64,000 nucleotides of DNA, from positions 1,116,001 through 1,180,000 of the forward strand of contig JAQFVV010000006.1 of NCBI GenBank assembly GCA_028023455.1, written 5' to 3'. The notes beneath the pieces are model-generated. The model saw only the letters and a list, made by a program, of their open reading frames with translations, ran no database searches and was not told the DNA's origin. Source of the stretch: Epiperipatus broadwayi. Taxonomy: Eukaryota > Animalia > Onychophora. This document shows positions 25,291 to 38,329 of this stretch, one piece after another. Both the position numbers and the translations under genes were made by a program. The first letter of the stretch is position 1. The number at the start of each line of letters is the position of its first letter.

Positions 25291-28200
25291 CTCATGTTCT
25301 GAATGATTGTCTAAGTTTGAACATGAAATAAAAAATGGATCATTTCAAAAAAATATCTACAAGTATCCTTACAATTTTTGATCATTTTTTCAAAAACAAA
25401 TATCAAATCAAAAAAATCAATCTTCTCGTTAAGTTTTGATTTGTACCATTCTGTATCTTACCATGATTTTTTTTATTTACAGTAATTTATATTTATAACT
25501 TATGTTTAATCATATAGGTTGTTTATTTTGAATTTATTATGTATGATATATTGAAGCAGTCAATCTTAGCTTAAGATTGAGCTTCATGTTTCCACCTACT
25601 AACCTGTGTTTAAACCCTATTATATCCCATCCCGCTCCTTTTGTCGTGTATATATATTTTATGTATATATTTGGGATGCGCACCTAAGTTATAAAATTTT
25701 ACGTTTCAATGATATTTTTTTTAATTATTATTAATTATTTTTTTTATTAATTATTAGATTTTTTGTATTAAAGTATTATAGGTGCGGCTCATAATATATA
25801 TATATAGGAGCAAAATACTAACAAAATATTGATTTTTTTTGTAAATATTTTATTATATGTCATTTGTACAACTTTTTCTTTCTAAAGTATTTTTTTCTTT
25901 TAAACTGTATATTTTGTAAAATCCAATATGGAAGATGCTACAGTTGATTGTCTAAAAATAATTAAAGGGTTGGAAACACTATTGTTTTAATGTGGGGAAG
26001 GTATTTTTAATTAAAGTTTTTAATTAAAATGGGATTAAGATTTTCTTTTATTATAAACATTTTTGTCAAATTTATTTCTAATCTGGAAATAGATTTGAAT
26101 TTATTTTTGGACGTTATCTTACGGTTGCATCTTCAAAAACAATCGATAAAGGAAAAATAAGAATTTTTAGATCAGAGATTAGATTGTAAAGCTAAAACTA
26201 AGTGATTAAAAGCATTCCAAAAACACCTGGGCAAAAGTATAAAATGGCTGAATTTTTAATCAAAATAACTTAGCTACTATAGTGAGAACTGATTGTTAAC
26301 ATCGCTGTGAAACTAAAAATGACGTAGTAATAAATCCACCATCTTACTCGGCCCTGTTGGGTCATCATCTGCTGCCACCATGTCATTATGTTCCCATAGA
26401 ATGAAGTAAAGTTCCGATGGAGAACTTTGGAATGCTAAATAAAAGCTTGCTGTTATTTCAGAACCAATTGCCATGCATGAGCAGACTTTAAAACATGAAC
26501 TCTTAAAATAATGCAAGGTAAATTTTCAAGCCGCAAGTAAAGCTGGTTTAACTAATCTCAACCTCTATTTCCAAGACTTCTTCTTCTAATGTATTATTTA
26601 ACTTAATTTCTAATATATAATATAAAAATTGTTCTCAAATAATTTCTAGAAATTTAATTTTCTCTCATATGCTTGAATGTTCTTTAATTTTTGTGTGGTC
26701 TTTTATTTATAGTTATTCATTACTTGATTTTATATGTCTATTTTGTTTATTAATATGCCAATTTCAAACAATCTGACGAGTTGAATTTCTAAAATCTTTT
26801 CTTTCTTTTAAGTAAACCTTCATGGATTAAGATTATTAACGTTCCTTTAAAATATAATGTGTTATTAATTAATATACTCACCAGATTGTTTTTACGTCAA
26901 CATTTTGTTTATGCTTTAATATAAAAAAATATATATTTGTTTAACTCTGGATTTTCTACCTGGGGTGAATTCAGAGCTTAGGCTAATTAACGCTTTGAAA
27001 CCTTATTTATTTTATAAATGTTATTATTCAATTCTGAAAAGGTGACCGATTAGTTTTTTTTTATAACTGCTAGTTTTATTTTTATTTACTCTTAAAATAT
27101 CAAATACAATACTTATATATTCCAGTTGTAAAATCAATGAAGGTGGGATTGATTTATTTTAAATAGCAGAAAAAGGGAAGGGGGTAAATCTTAATGTTTC
27201 TTTTGCTAAATAAAATCTTCAAGTATATTTTAATAAATGAAATCTAAATCTCTCTTTAAATATATTATAACTGCATAGCATATTACTTGTTTAAATTATA
27301 GTACTCAAATAAGGGTCATTTATTTTAAAGCATTAAAATTTATTCAATGTCGTTAGTGGCATTTATCATTACTGCATTACTGACATTTGGCTATCTTCAT
27401 ATATATATCACATGCTTCTAGTCTTCTAATCTGGGGGTTGTGACAAGTTCGAACCCATAGATTTCTTCTCATATCTTGTTCCATAGATAGTTGAGCTATC
27501 CGGAACATTTATTTTATATAAAATTGCCTCTGGCAGTGATCCCGTAAGTTTGGCACACACCATGCATATCCACTGTCTTCATATAAAAGGGCCTCTGGCA
27601 GTGATCCCCGGCACACACTATGCTTATCCACTTTCTTCATACAAAAGGGCCTGCACATCGGCGATGACCACGGCATGCCTATCCATTTCATTTTTCGTCC
27701 AGAAGCATGACCTTATCTTTGAGCTCTCTACCTAAGTCGGTACCACATCTTATTCATATTATTATTTCTTTTGCTTATGACCTAATTTTAGTGCTGTAAT
27801 AATATTAAATTTGCACTCTGCTCAAAATATATATAAATGCCAATTACTTCTAGTTTTATTAATTAAATTTATTTCAGTCTTATACAATCCCACCATCGTA
27901 ACTTATTTCTGTATTTAAGAGTATCTTTATGTCTTGGGGAAAATAAGCGTTCTTCTTACCAGCGGTAATTAAAAGAAGTTTCATTAAGTATTTTGTCAAA
28001 TAATCAAATATGTTTTCAAATGTATTTTATTTCTTTTCACGACCGTAATGGTGTGAAAATAGTTTATATTATATCTGTAATGAATCCCAGAATGCTCCCC
28101 TAAATAATGTTAGTCACCACATTTCAGAACCGTAATCCAAAGCGTTAATAGCAATTTTATGTGAATTCTTTCTAATAATCGATTGGCATCTTAATATTGG

Positions 28201-28914
28201 ACCCACCAAAGATGTGTGTTTATGTATAGTATATATTACTTAATTAATGAGAAATAATAGCATGAATGACACTATGTAATCATCTACCACTTGCTCATTC
28301 ATGCACACTCTCATGTATACAATTAAGTCATAATGTATAATAATTTGTCATTATATTAAACTATATTTTTATTATCCAACTTGTCTGAATAGTTCGAATT
28401 CCTCTTTTCTCCACTTCCAAAAGTACAGCCATGCTTATATATATATATATTTTAGTTTAGCCGTAGTTAATAGATGTCTCATTGTCTTCTCATGCTTTGC
28501 TAGTGGGCCAGATTAAAATTAATTCTCATGTGCCATCATTGTTATGTTATTCATTAGGTGTTAGATATGGGGCTTAGAGAGTGGGTTCAAATTCAGGCTG
28601 GTCCTTGATCTAAATCTCGGGCTTGAAGTACATTTTGTGAGTTCCAGCTGATGTTAGATGAATAAACGTGTTTTGACTGGTATAATATATTCATGGAGTA
28701 ACTAAGTCTAGAAATGTTATGATAACAATTCACAAGCCAAATTCCCAAAGAATCGTTTAAATAGCCTTGCAAATAATGTCCACTTTCTCATAAAATTACC
28801 AATTATTTGTCACATGACTTTCTATATGCACAAAATAGATTGGCATTAGTTGGTAATTGTTGCAAGCTCATTTAAATGAAACTTTGAGAGTCTGGCTTTT
28901 GAATTAACAAGCTT

Positions 28915-29375
28915 TTCCAAATATCCCTATTCACAGACCAGTTTCTAGCTATTAGTTGTCATCAGTGAGGTGCTAGGATATTCAGACATTGCATCTAAAA
29001 ATATCAGCTCAAGCCCAGTATTTATCTAATAGTTAACTATTAAGTAGAAAATCTGAAATTTTCAAACATCTACATCTTCAAATCCAGCTATCTATCCTAA
29101 ATAGCCAGATAGGACTGAACAAAATGCAGCTACAGTGTACATTAATAGCGTTAGAAATATAAGATCATCAAAGCCTCATAAGACTATTTAAGTTAGATAG
29201 CTTGATTTGAAGACATATAGATGTCTAAAAATTTTAGATTTTCTATTTAATAGTTAACTATTACATAAATGCTGGGCTTGAGGTGTATTTTCAGATCTAA
29301 TATCTGAATATTCTAATGCCTCACTGATAACATCCACCAGCTAGAAACTGGTCTAGGGATAGGTATACAGTATTC
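28915..29375. mobile_element. HHR family A-related variant, divergent palindrome (arms about 190 bp)
   Basis: Minus strand 28931-28970: cctca-CTGATGA-caactaatagcta-GAAAC-TG-GTC-tgtga; plus-strand partner at about 29320-29357. Confidence 0.82.
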
Positions 29376-29404
29376 AAAAAAGCTTGTAAATGGCTATTCA
29401 TGCT

Positions 29405-29492
29405 CATTATATAAAATATTGGAGAAGATGGATTAAACTTGGAGAGACCTTCATCCTGCAGTGGATTGATAATGGTTGATGATGATGATATA
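29405..29492 (+). mobile_element. 5'-truncated RTE 3' end with (GAT)n tail
   Basis: LGETFILQWIDNG* followed by gatgatgatgat; similar pieces near 19620 and 52060. Confidence 0.65.
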
Positions 29493-32209
29493 AAATATGT
29501 GTATGTCTATAGGAAGCTATAATATTTGCACATTGTTTAATATGTTTTTATATTAATATATAAAAGTGAATATCAGTTATTTAGTTGTACTCTGGAACTG
29601 ATTAACCTTTATTAATGTTATCCCCATGGGTATTTATTTCTTTTTTTCACTATTTCACTCCTCATGCAATTTTTCTGCAATTGCAAAGAAAGAGAACCCC
29701 TGCACATTTGGTCAGAAGATATTACCAATCTGTTGTCTTTTATAAAAGGCAATCAATTGTATATAGTTAATAAACACACATAAATATAATGGCTATTCAT
29801 AATATCATAAATAGCAGCTCCATAATGTGTTAATTATATAGTTGATTATGTTATGTCCTTGATGAATTCATTTAATGAGCTATATATAAAATGGAATTAA
29901 TGGAGTTTCTACCTGACTAATATATATGGAGCTAAGTGTGTAAAAGATAACAGCTAATAATTGCAAATTGTATAAAGAAATAACACCTTCTTAACAGATA
30001 CATTTATTGTTTAGTTTGTAAAAAATAAAATTAAAATTTTTACCTCTCCAGAATATAATTGTATGTGTGCTTATTAACTATATAGAAGGCAACTATATTT
30101 AATAATTATAAGGTTTCATTTTTAACATTTTGAAATATTTTATATGAAATAAAATCTGCATTATATAAGTGAGATTCAAATCTATTTTGATTTGTAATTA
30201 GTAATAGCTTGGACAGCTGATGAAGTTAGTTTCCTTGAAACTGATCTTATGATATTATCATAATTCACAATTCATATTTTTACTTTTATATAATATCATC
30301 TCTTAGTCAAATAATGAACTACTAGATTGCACTTAAGATCATTCATTCATAATATATATGTATATATAACTAGTTAAAAAAAAGCTACTTAGATATTGAT
30401 TATCATAACATAAAATCATTGGACTATAAACTTCATCTCTGGTTCCAATGTATTGCTTTTAATAGGTTAAAAAATGAAAATATTTAAACATAGTTATAAA
30501 ACAAATGATTATATTTTGATTTACAAGTGTTAAACTTACTTCACTCACAACTTTAAAACTATCCACTCTATATAAATGCATTAATGATTATCACTAATCA
30601 TTTATTAAACTAGAGATTATCCATATCCCATATATAATCTTTAAGTCTTAGTTAAAGACTAGTACATTTATTTTTTTAATTAAATACACACATGTGGAGT
30701 GTGGTCATTTGTTTTTTAATATGTTTTTATTTATATGTTTCAAGAATATGTAGTGGAATGCTTATTAACTACATCTATTAACTAAATGTTTTTATGTACT
30801 TGACTATGTTTTTGACAAACTTTCTGCATGATGTGAGATGTAGAACTCTTATTTTCTTAACGTGTACCATATATTTTCCATCACAATCAATAGATAAAAA
30901 CCTTTCAAGTGATAGCCAGAGGGTTTATTTAACTGTATACTGAAATAAAATCCATTTAAAATAAAAATTTCTTCTCTTCCTCTCTCTTCTTGTTAGCATA
31001 TATATATAAAACATCAACAAAACTATCTATAAATACTTTAATAATAATTGATTAAATTATTCTTATGTTTCTTACCAAAATAGGGAATGTTATTTTGACG
31101 AAAATATTCTTTGTGTAATTTTATATTATGTATTTTTTAAATTGCAGTTCCAAACAATATTTTAAGGTGAACTCAAATTTAATCATATTGAGTTTGTTAA
31201 TTATCTAAAAGCTTTTTAATATTAAAAATCAATATGAATAGGATTGATTTAATCATTCTCATTAGCATATATTGTAGACGTAGAAGAATTTGTATGTGTG
31301 CGTGTGTGTTTGTAAAGTTTTAATATACATATTAAAAAATTGATGAAAATGTAGATTTTGCGCGTGGGTATATTTAAATATGCACTTTAAAAAATATTTT
31401 TTCTTTCTAAAATTATTTTATCTTACCAAATCGTGTACGGTGATAAATAAAACGGTCTTAAATGGCCACTGCAGGGCAAAAAAATGTTTGCAGTGACCCC
31501 CGCAAAGAGAAACAGTAAAGGGGAAGACATGCACTGATTATTAATTGCCAGGTTGTGAAATTTAGTTGTTTTTGTTTCTATCTTTGTTTTACCTTCTAAC
31601 TGTTCAATATTTAATAATTGGTCAGATTGGTTGTTTTCTTACCTGAATAAAAAATTCCAGATCTGTTTAAAAAAAATTGTTTACTCGACTCATATTCGAA
31701 TTCCTGTTAAAGGCATGATTTTTTGGTATACTATTGTTGCAACCCAAAACTGTATAAGATCACACACACATATATATAGAGTTAATAATTTTCTGATGAC
31801 TATAATAAATAAATAAAATATCAAAAATAGATTTAAGGTAATTAAAGTAGTATATACTAGTATAGCATTGAGTAGATAATGAAATAAAACAGAATTTGAT
31901 CAGATGATAGAATATGTGAACAAATGGTTGTTACTCTAGAGAATGACTGTGGTTTAGAATGGAAATATAATTCACCAATGAGATCAAGTGCAGAGAAAGA
32001 AAAAGAGGAATTGAAATCCAGCAGAAAAGGAAGGCAAATTCTATGAGTTCTTCTAATTTGCCTACTCTTCAGAAAGTCAGTCTAGGAGGTGATATAGGTT
32101 AAATAGATCTTTGCTGCTATTTTTAAACTCCCATGCTATTGTATATATCTTTGTATAATTAAGTAGTAATTGTATCATGTATATATCTGGTTGATAAAAT
32201 AATAAAGCC

Positions 32210-32500
32210 AGTTATTCAAAACTTTATAGGTTTATAAATGTAGATAATAATCAACTCTTAAGTTATCACAATCTCACCCTATAGTCAAGGCAACCTCCTT
32301 AAACAGTAAAAGTGGTACCTTTACTAAGCCAGAAAGCCAATTACTCAAGGTTTTAATAGGTTTATATGATGACAATCAACTTTTAAGCTATCAACAATCT
32401 CAACCTGTAGTCATGGCAACCTTCTAAACAATAAAAGAGGTTGCCTTGACTAAAGGTTGAGATTGTTAGACCTTAAGGGTTGATTGTTATCATATATGAT
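32210..32500. repeat. Direct duplication (about 125-bp period) followed by an inverted copy
   Basis: aatcaactcttaagttatcacaatctc..ggcaacc occurs twice, then ggttgcc..gagattgt..agggttgatt. Confidence 0.75.
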
Positions 32501-32542
32501 TGCTGTATCTATATTTATTGTGTTATTTTAATAATTACTTTT

Positions 32543-32640
32543 AACTAGATGGAAATTTTATGCACAAGCCTTCCAGCAGCCATTGATTACTCTGGCTTGC
32601 ACTGAGTGGCAATACATATAGAGAGTTTTGCCTGTTTTTA
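32543..32640 (+). mobile_element. HHR family A 3' fragment (no HHR)
   Basis: tatgcacaagccttcc..cattgattactctggcttgcactgagtggc..gagagttttgcctg. Confidence 0.85.
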
Positions 32641-33239
32641 TAGGGTATTTAATTAATGAAGTCTGCTTTATTTACTTCCTCAATGGATAGAAAAATAAGG
32701 CCAATAACTTTAGATCATCAGATGAGAGAAGTTATTCACAAAATGCATGCACAATCAGAGAAGCTGATCTGAATTTCTATACCAATGGATTGCAAAAAGA
32801 AAGAAAAAAGGTATGACTAATCATTTTTCCATAATGTATCAAAATTGGATAGAAACAAATCTACTTTGTATGATAATGGTATACGGAGAAACATGAAGAT
32901 GTCAACACAGATATGAAAATTGGGATATTCAATCTCTCTAGCTCATTAGATGAGCAAAAGATATTTCTGGAATGTACATGTAGTGAGAGGAAATGATCAG
33001 AACTCTTGCATGATTTCAACATGCCTGATTGTTGATCTTATTGCATTCCGTTCTCAGCCATATATTCCCAGTGGAAGAAATCACAAGTGCATTTAACAGA
33101 CTTTGAGATAATCTTTTAAACATAAATAGGATCTGTCTCTTTCATGAAAACTATATCCAAGTTTATGTTAATATACTTTTGTTTAAGAAGTCTGTTAATC
33201 CATCAATTATCACAGTATGAAGAGTTTCACCTCTGTGGA

Positions 33240-33680
33240 AACAGCTTGGGTAAGCATAAATAATGGTGATCATGTGATGTTTAATGGTTTAATACCGATC
33301 GTGCCCAATAGGATTATGGTGACTGTGGTTATTAAAGAACTAAAGATACCAAAGCATATGGATGCTGAAGTTAGTTCAGATCTATACAACTAAACAAACT
33401 AATGAGCTTAGCTTTTGTGTTTTCATTTTGAACTCAAAGCTTTATAGTTAGTTAAAAAGGTAAAACATGGCTGCTGAAGAACTGCATTACATCCTAAGAT
33501 CTAGGTGCAGTGATCTCAGATCCAAGGTTACTCACTGATGAAAGCCACAGGCTAGAAACTTGTCTGGTGATATTGGATGAGTAGGTCCTAGATAGGGATT
33601 TTATGCGCAAGCCTTCCTGCATCCATTGATTACTCTGGATTGCACTGAATGGTGCTACTGTATGGAGTTTTGCCTCTGTG
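33240..33680 (+). mobile_element. HHR family A, nearly full single monomer
   Basis: Colinear with 20420-20870; core CTGATGA 33535-33541, GAAAC 33555-33559, GTC 33562-33564. Confidence 0.92.
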
Positions 33681-34974
33681 AAGTCTGTTAATCTTTATTC
33701 ATTTTACATTTTCGATCCACAGAAGCTATGTTTTACAATTGTGGATTCAGTATAATCACACCAAGCAAAAGGACAACCTACTGATTCATCATGTGACCTT
33801 GCTATTGTATTTTCAGATTATTATGATATTTTTCTAGTGCATTTGTGTTATATTAATAGGGGGTCTATGTAAAAAAAAAGATATTTTATGCCCATGAGCA
33901 CCAAGTTTATGCACCTTCTTTGCCATCTTAATGTATACATTCTCCAAGTCTTCCAGTCAGTCTCATTGACTTTACATCATTCAAATGTCATATGACCTCC
34001 TAAGTAACAAACTATTTGATGACTGTTATTTTTAACATGGTAATGGCAGAGTATGTATACCCACAATTAAATATAAGAATGGATGAAAAGTGATTAAAAT
34101 ATCAGATATAGGACATTTGCATAGATATTATTTTGTAATTTGTTAATGTTATAATATATGTACATTGAAAGAGCTTATATTATAATGGCAACACATTTTT
34201 CTGCCATGTCTTTGATCTGGGTTTGAACCTAGCTAGATAAAAAAAATTTAAATTCTAATCAGGCACAAATCTACTTTTTGAAAAATTTAGCCCATAACTA
34301 TTCTTATTTTTGTATAAAACAACAGTGGAAAATACCTGTCTACAATGAGTATGATCTGAGTTTAAACCCAAGATGAGTAAAAAAATTTTTTCAGATTTCA
34401 ATCAAGCATATAATTTTTTCCCCATAAGCCTACTTCATCGAGATTTTTAGGAAAAAATAGTACCATCACTAACTGCATAAAGGAGTTTGCTGTTAACTAA
34501 AAGAGGAGCCTTTGATTAATCTTTGGGGTCTTAAAGGAACCAAGCAGAGCAATCTCCTCATGTCCATTTCATAATTATTGTCATTGCATGGATGGGTTGC
34601 TCACCAACATGAATCAGCCATAGTGATGCATTTATTGGCTTTTTATCTCTGAGTTTAAGATCAAGAAACACCATGGCCTTTATTGTCAATTGCCTAATAG
34701 CTCTTAACTAAAATATCAGTTGAGTATGTAGAATGATGTGTGTGTGAATGAACTTTTTAAAATAAATATTAACAATTATGACAGACAAAACCAAATTATG
34801 GTGTTTATTTTTAGGATTCTGTAAAATCAGCAAACAACATAGGAGTTGATGACTGAAAGTAGAGGGTACTAAAAATTCCCAAAGAAAAGACCCAGAATTC
34901 CATTCAATGATGATCTCTTATTTAGCTATCTACAACTGTAGATCACTTTCAAGTTAAAAAAGATTGTATGAATT

Positions 34975-36100
34975 CAAAAATGAACCGACTAAGATTAAAT
35001 AGGACATTGTTAGAATTTTGTGAAGTTAGTAGAAACGTTTGAAGAAACACTTGATTTAAAAAGTAGATATGCACTTTACAACAAAAACACAACTACTGGA
35101 AGCACAAATGGGGTGAGTTTCTGTGTAAATAAAAAATGAAAGAACAACAGTGTAGTGATCATTGGTGTATCAGACAATGAAGTAAGATTAGTTATTCAAT
35201 TTAATGGAAGATATCAAATGCCAATAATTCAGGTTTATGCCCCACTATGATGAAGAAATAGTGAATTTTATATGGACATACAAAAGGCTTTTGATCAGAT
35301 GAACAACATTTTAAAATTGCCATAAGGAATTTTAATGACAGAATTGATAAATATAAAAGATGAAAGTACTGAGGGTAAATTTGGTTATGGTGATAGAAAT
35401 AAGAGCAGACCCCATACTCGTGGAGTTCCTTAAAAAAGAAAAACTATATTATGAATTATTTCTTTGGAAAAAAATAATAAAAAGACATGGAAGCATGCAC
35501 ATAAAGATACAGCAGAATTGAATTATATTTTGATTAATAGAAAATAAATATTTTATGTTTGTAATGTTCTTAATATCACATGATCACTATCTCATACTAG
35601 CACATAATTGTTATTAAACAAAGCAAAACTCTCCATACAGTAGTGCCATTTTGTGCCAATAAGAGCAATCAATGGATGCCAGAAGGCTTGTGCATAAAAT
35701 CCCTATAGTGCCTACTCATCCAATATCCCCAGACTAGTTTCTAGCTTGTGGCTTTTGTCAGTGAGGAGCCTTGGATCTGAGAGCACTGCACCTAAGATCT
35801 AGGTGCAGTGCTCTCAGATGCAATGCTCCTCACTGATGAAGACCACAAGCCAGAAACTAGTCTGGGGATATTGGATGAGTAGGCACTAGATAGGGATTTT
35901 ATGCACAAGCCTTCTGGCATATTCCCAATCTTCAAAAACATTCCAGAGAATTTAAATTAGAACTTACAAATCAATTACAGGTTTTGAAGATGGTTTAGAT
36001 TTGATTGAAATCAGTAGAAAGATATGTGAGAGACTATTAAATACTGCAACAAAGTTATGTGATACAAAAAAGCAAAAATTTACCAATAATTTTTCTGGTT
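34975..36100 (+). mobile_element. RTE-type LINE apurinic-like endonuclease remnant, interrupted by a family A palindrome
   Basis: GVSFCVNK..IIQVYAP..DEE..FYMDI..GKFGYGDRN..KTWKH..; resumes at about 35926 (EFKLELTNQLQVL). Confidence 0.85.
35575..35925. mobile_element. HHR family A, young palindrome centred on gcacctaagatctaggtgc
   Basis: Arms about 130 bp and nearly identical; sense HHR 35827-35868: TCCTCA-CTGATGA-agaccacaagcca-GAAAC-TA-GTC-TGGGGA. Confidence 0.95.
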
Positions 36101-36299
36101 TGGGGAATTAAATTTCTCTAAAACTATCCCTATTGGAAAGGAGAGTTTTTTAGCTCTCTTTTCATATACAAGCTATATTAACAATGTAATCACAAATAAG
36201 CATAATTTCAACTTTTATGGGGATGCTGTGTAAATGTATGGCAGCCACTGCAGTTGCAGATGATTTCTACTGAGGTTTTACCTTTTAATGAAAATTTTC

Positions 36300-37050
36300 A
36301 TTTCACTTAATTTTGTTGCATGAATGAGAGGGTCCAGTTGTTGGGAGGACTCCCAGGGGTCTAAATCATAGTTCTTTTGAGGGAGGGGTCTGGGATGAGG
36401 GTGCTGTGGTGATCGTTACCAACATTGGTTTTTCTCATTCACAAGATAGAAAAAATAACGTTATTTATGGTGATTTTTTAACATTAACATTATGAGTGAT
36501 TTTATCCATGTATTATTGCAAAATAGGTCGCAGTTTGGCCTCACGATTCTAATTGCAAGTGATCCACCTTATTTAACTTTATTACTTCCAGTGTTGCTAT
36601 TGATAGGGCTGGCCTTTTGCTGTTCATGTGATGTTCATGATGGATTAGAATGGTTTTCAGCAGAGACATTTTGAAGCTTGGATTTTTTTCCCTTGTTCTC
36701 CATAGGTTTTCCATAATTTTTCCAAAATATTCAGGTTTGCTCTTTTGTGAAGATATTCAGGGCCATTTGGAAGAACTGAACAGTAGATTGATTAGATCCA
36801 TATTTTATGTTATCTCCAGGTGTTTTCCTATTTCTCAACTTTCCCAATATTGTACTCCTAAAAGACTGTTCATATTTGATTTCTGGACTCTGCGAATAAT
36901 TCCTGGTTGTAACATTCATTTGTCTTTAATGGTTAATGCAAACTCTTTCCATGTCCCTTTCTCTTTTCATATGTGTCCTTCCCCTTTCACTATGTTGCTC
37001 CAGAATTTCATTTTTACCATTCTTTGTAAACCTCTTATTTAACTATATTT
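36300..37050 (-). mobile_element. Old retroelement remnant related to 47060-48310
   Basis: Shares ccacagcaccctc..cccag..ctcccaacaac..ctctca with 47720 and 48150; possible PLE-like coding relic, unresolved. Confidence 0.4.
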
Positions 37051-37214
37051 GTACCTTTTTTTGATGAATAAACTTTCATCACTGAGAAGTTTTTTTTTAC
37101 TGAATCAAAACAATACATGCAGAAAAGAAAGATATAAAAATAATCCCTTAGGAAAAGTTGAATGTCTAGAATTTTGTAAAGTGATATGAAATAGTTAATA
37201 ATAATACTGTATAA

Positions 37215-37495
37215 AATTATTCAAACGGAAGTCAATCTCCGATAATATGCTATTTCTTAAAAATAAATTTCCACGCACTCGCCCACGCCGGTAAGAGTTT
37301 AAAAAAACTTAAGTGAAAGACTTAACTTTAGAGTGTACATTTTATACACCAACTAAACTTATGTGATATGCTCTAAACTTAAGTGATTCATTTAAGTTTT
37401 TTTAACTCTTACCGGCGGGCGAGTGCGTAAAAATGTATAATATTTAAGAAATAATGCATTATTGGAGATTGATTTTCATTTGAATAATTTCAAAG
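37215..37495. mobile_element. Fold-back/MITE-like element, arms about 115 bp
   Basis: acgcactcgcccacgccggtaagagtt versus aactcttaccggcgggcgagtgcgt, extended by flanking matches. Confidence 0.8.
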
Positions 37496-37559
37496 TTTCC
37501 AGTGCTTTATAATAATGATATAAAAATATATAATCGTGAATTATCAAGAAAAACTAGAG

Positions 37560-37627
37560 AACAGAAGCGGAAAACATTATCATGGTATTGGTAGAACAGA
37601 AGCGTAAAACATTATCATGGTATTGGT
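37560..37627 (+). repeat. 35-bp tandem duplication
   Basis: gaacagaagcg(g/t)aaaacattatcatggtattggta occurs twice. Confidence 0.9.
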
Positions 37628-38082
37628 ATGAAATTTATTTCCGCAATGAAAAGAAAAGATGGAACTATTACTAACAAGAGAGATAATGAATGCTGTTGCA
37701 ATAAAAAACTAAAAATTATATATTTAGCTTATTATCACTATTGTTAACAAACCTTTTTAACAACTGCAATAGAAAAACTTTTTTCTTTAACTGTAATGTT
37801 CCTTTCATTGAACCCAATCATCATTTATACTATTCTGCTTTTTCTTTTTAAAAAAGTTTATATAATGAAAAATATATGTCAAAAAGATGTATTGGTAGAT
37901 AAAAGAAAAATGTTATTGTTTTTATAAGGGTATATATATTTTTATGTATTAATTTTATTTGTATTAAAATTTCCTTCCATTTCTTCTTATTTGCATTACT
38001 GAATTATATATAATATACCATATACTCCATAATTTACACTTCACAATTCACTTTTAACATATGATTTATTTTATCTCCTCTT

Positions 38083-38120
38083 GCTTAAGTTTCAACTGTC
38101 CAGCAGTCATCATCAGAGCT
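38083..38120 (-). ncRNA. HHR-like motif, family C
   Basis: agct-CTGATGA-t-GACTG-ctgga-CAGTT-GAAAC-tta-agc; relatives at about 50135-50165, 56575-56605, 60432-60468 and 61345-61384 (all minus strand). Confidence 0.7.
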
Positions 38121-38329
38121 CTTATAAAGTGCATTTTATTTGTAATAATAATATATATAAATATGTAATTTTGAAGATCCTTGAAAATGACTACAGGAAA
38201 AAATGATTGAAATGTTGGGTGCTAAAGATGTGAACATGTATATATGGTTGATAAGAATAAATAGTTTTTTAAAAAGGAGAATATATAAGGTGATTAGATT
38301 CAATGAAAAGAACATTATAACTAAAAATT

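Noticed and set aside
26313-26516. Host exon on the minus strand (WEHNDMVAADDDPTGP plus gtaag)
   Set aside because: No recognisable homology and no partner exons found; cannot be supported.
27509-27735. Cys/His-rich ORFs as a zinc-finger gene
   Set aside because: The pattern arises from a duplication of about 60 bp (gcctctggcagtgatccc twice); spacing does not fit C2H2 or other finger types.
31890-32045. Possible terminal exon DDRICEQMVVTLENDCGLEWKY..
   Set aside because: Weak acceptor, no homology recognised and no linked exons.
35575-35925. Family A as a classical MITE with terminal inverted repeats
   Set aside because: Arm length and centre vary between copies, non-palindromic monomers and tandem copies exist, and the sequence is circularly permuted; there are no fixed TIR ends.
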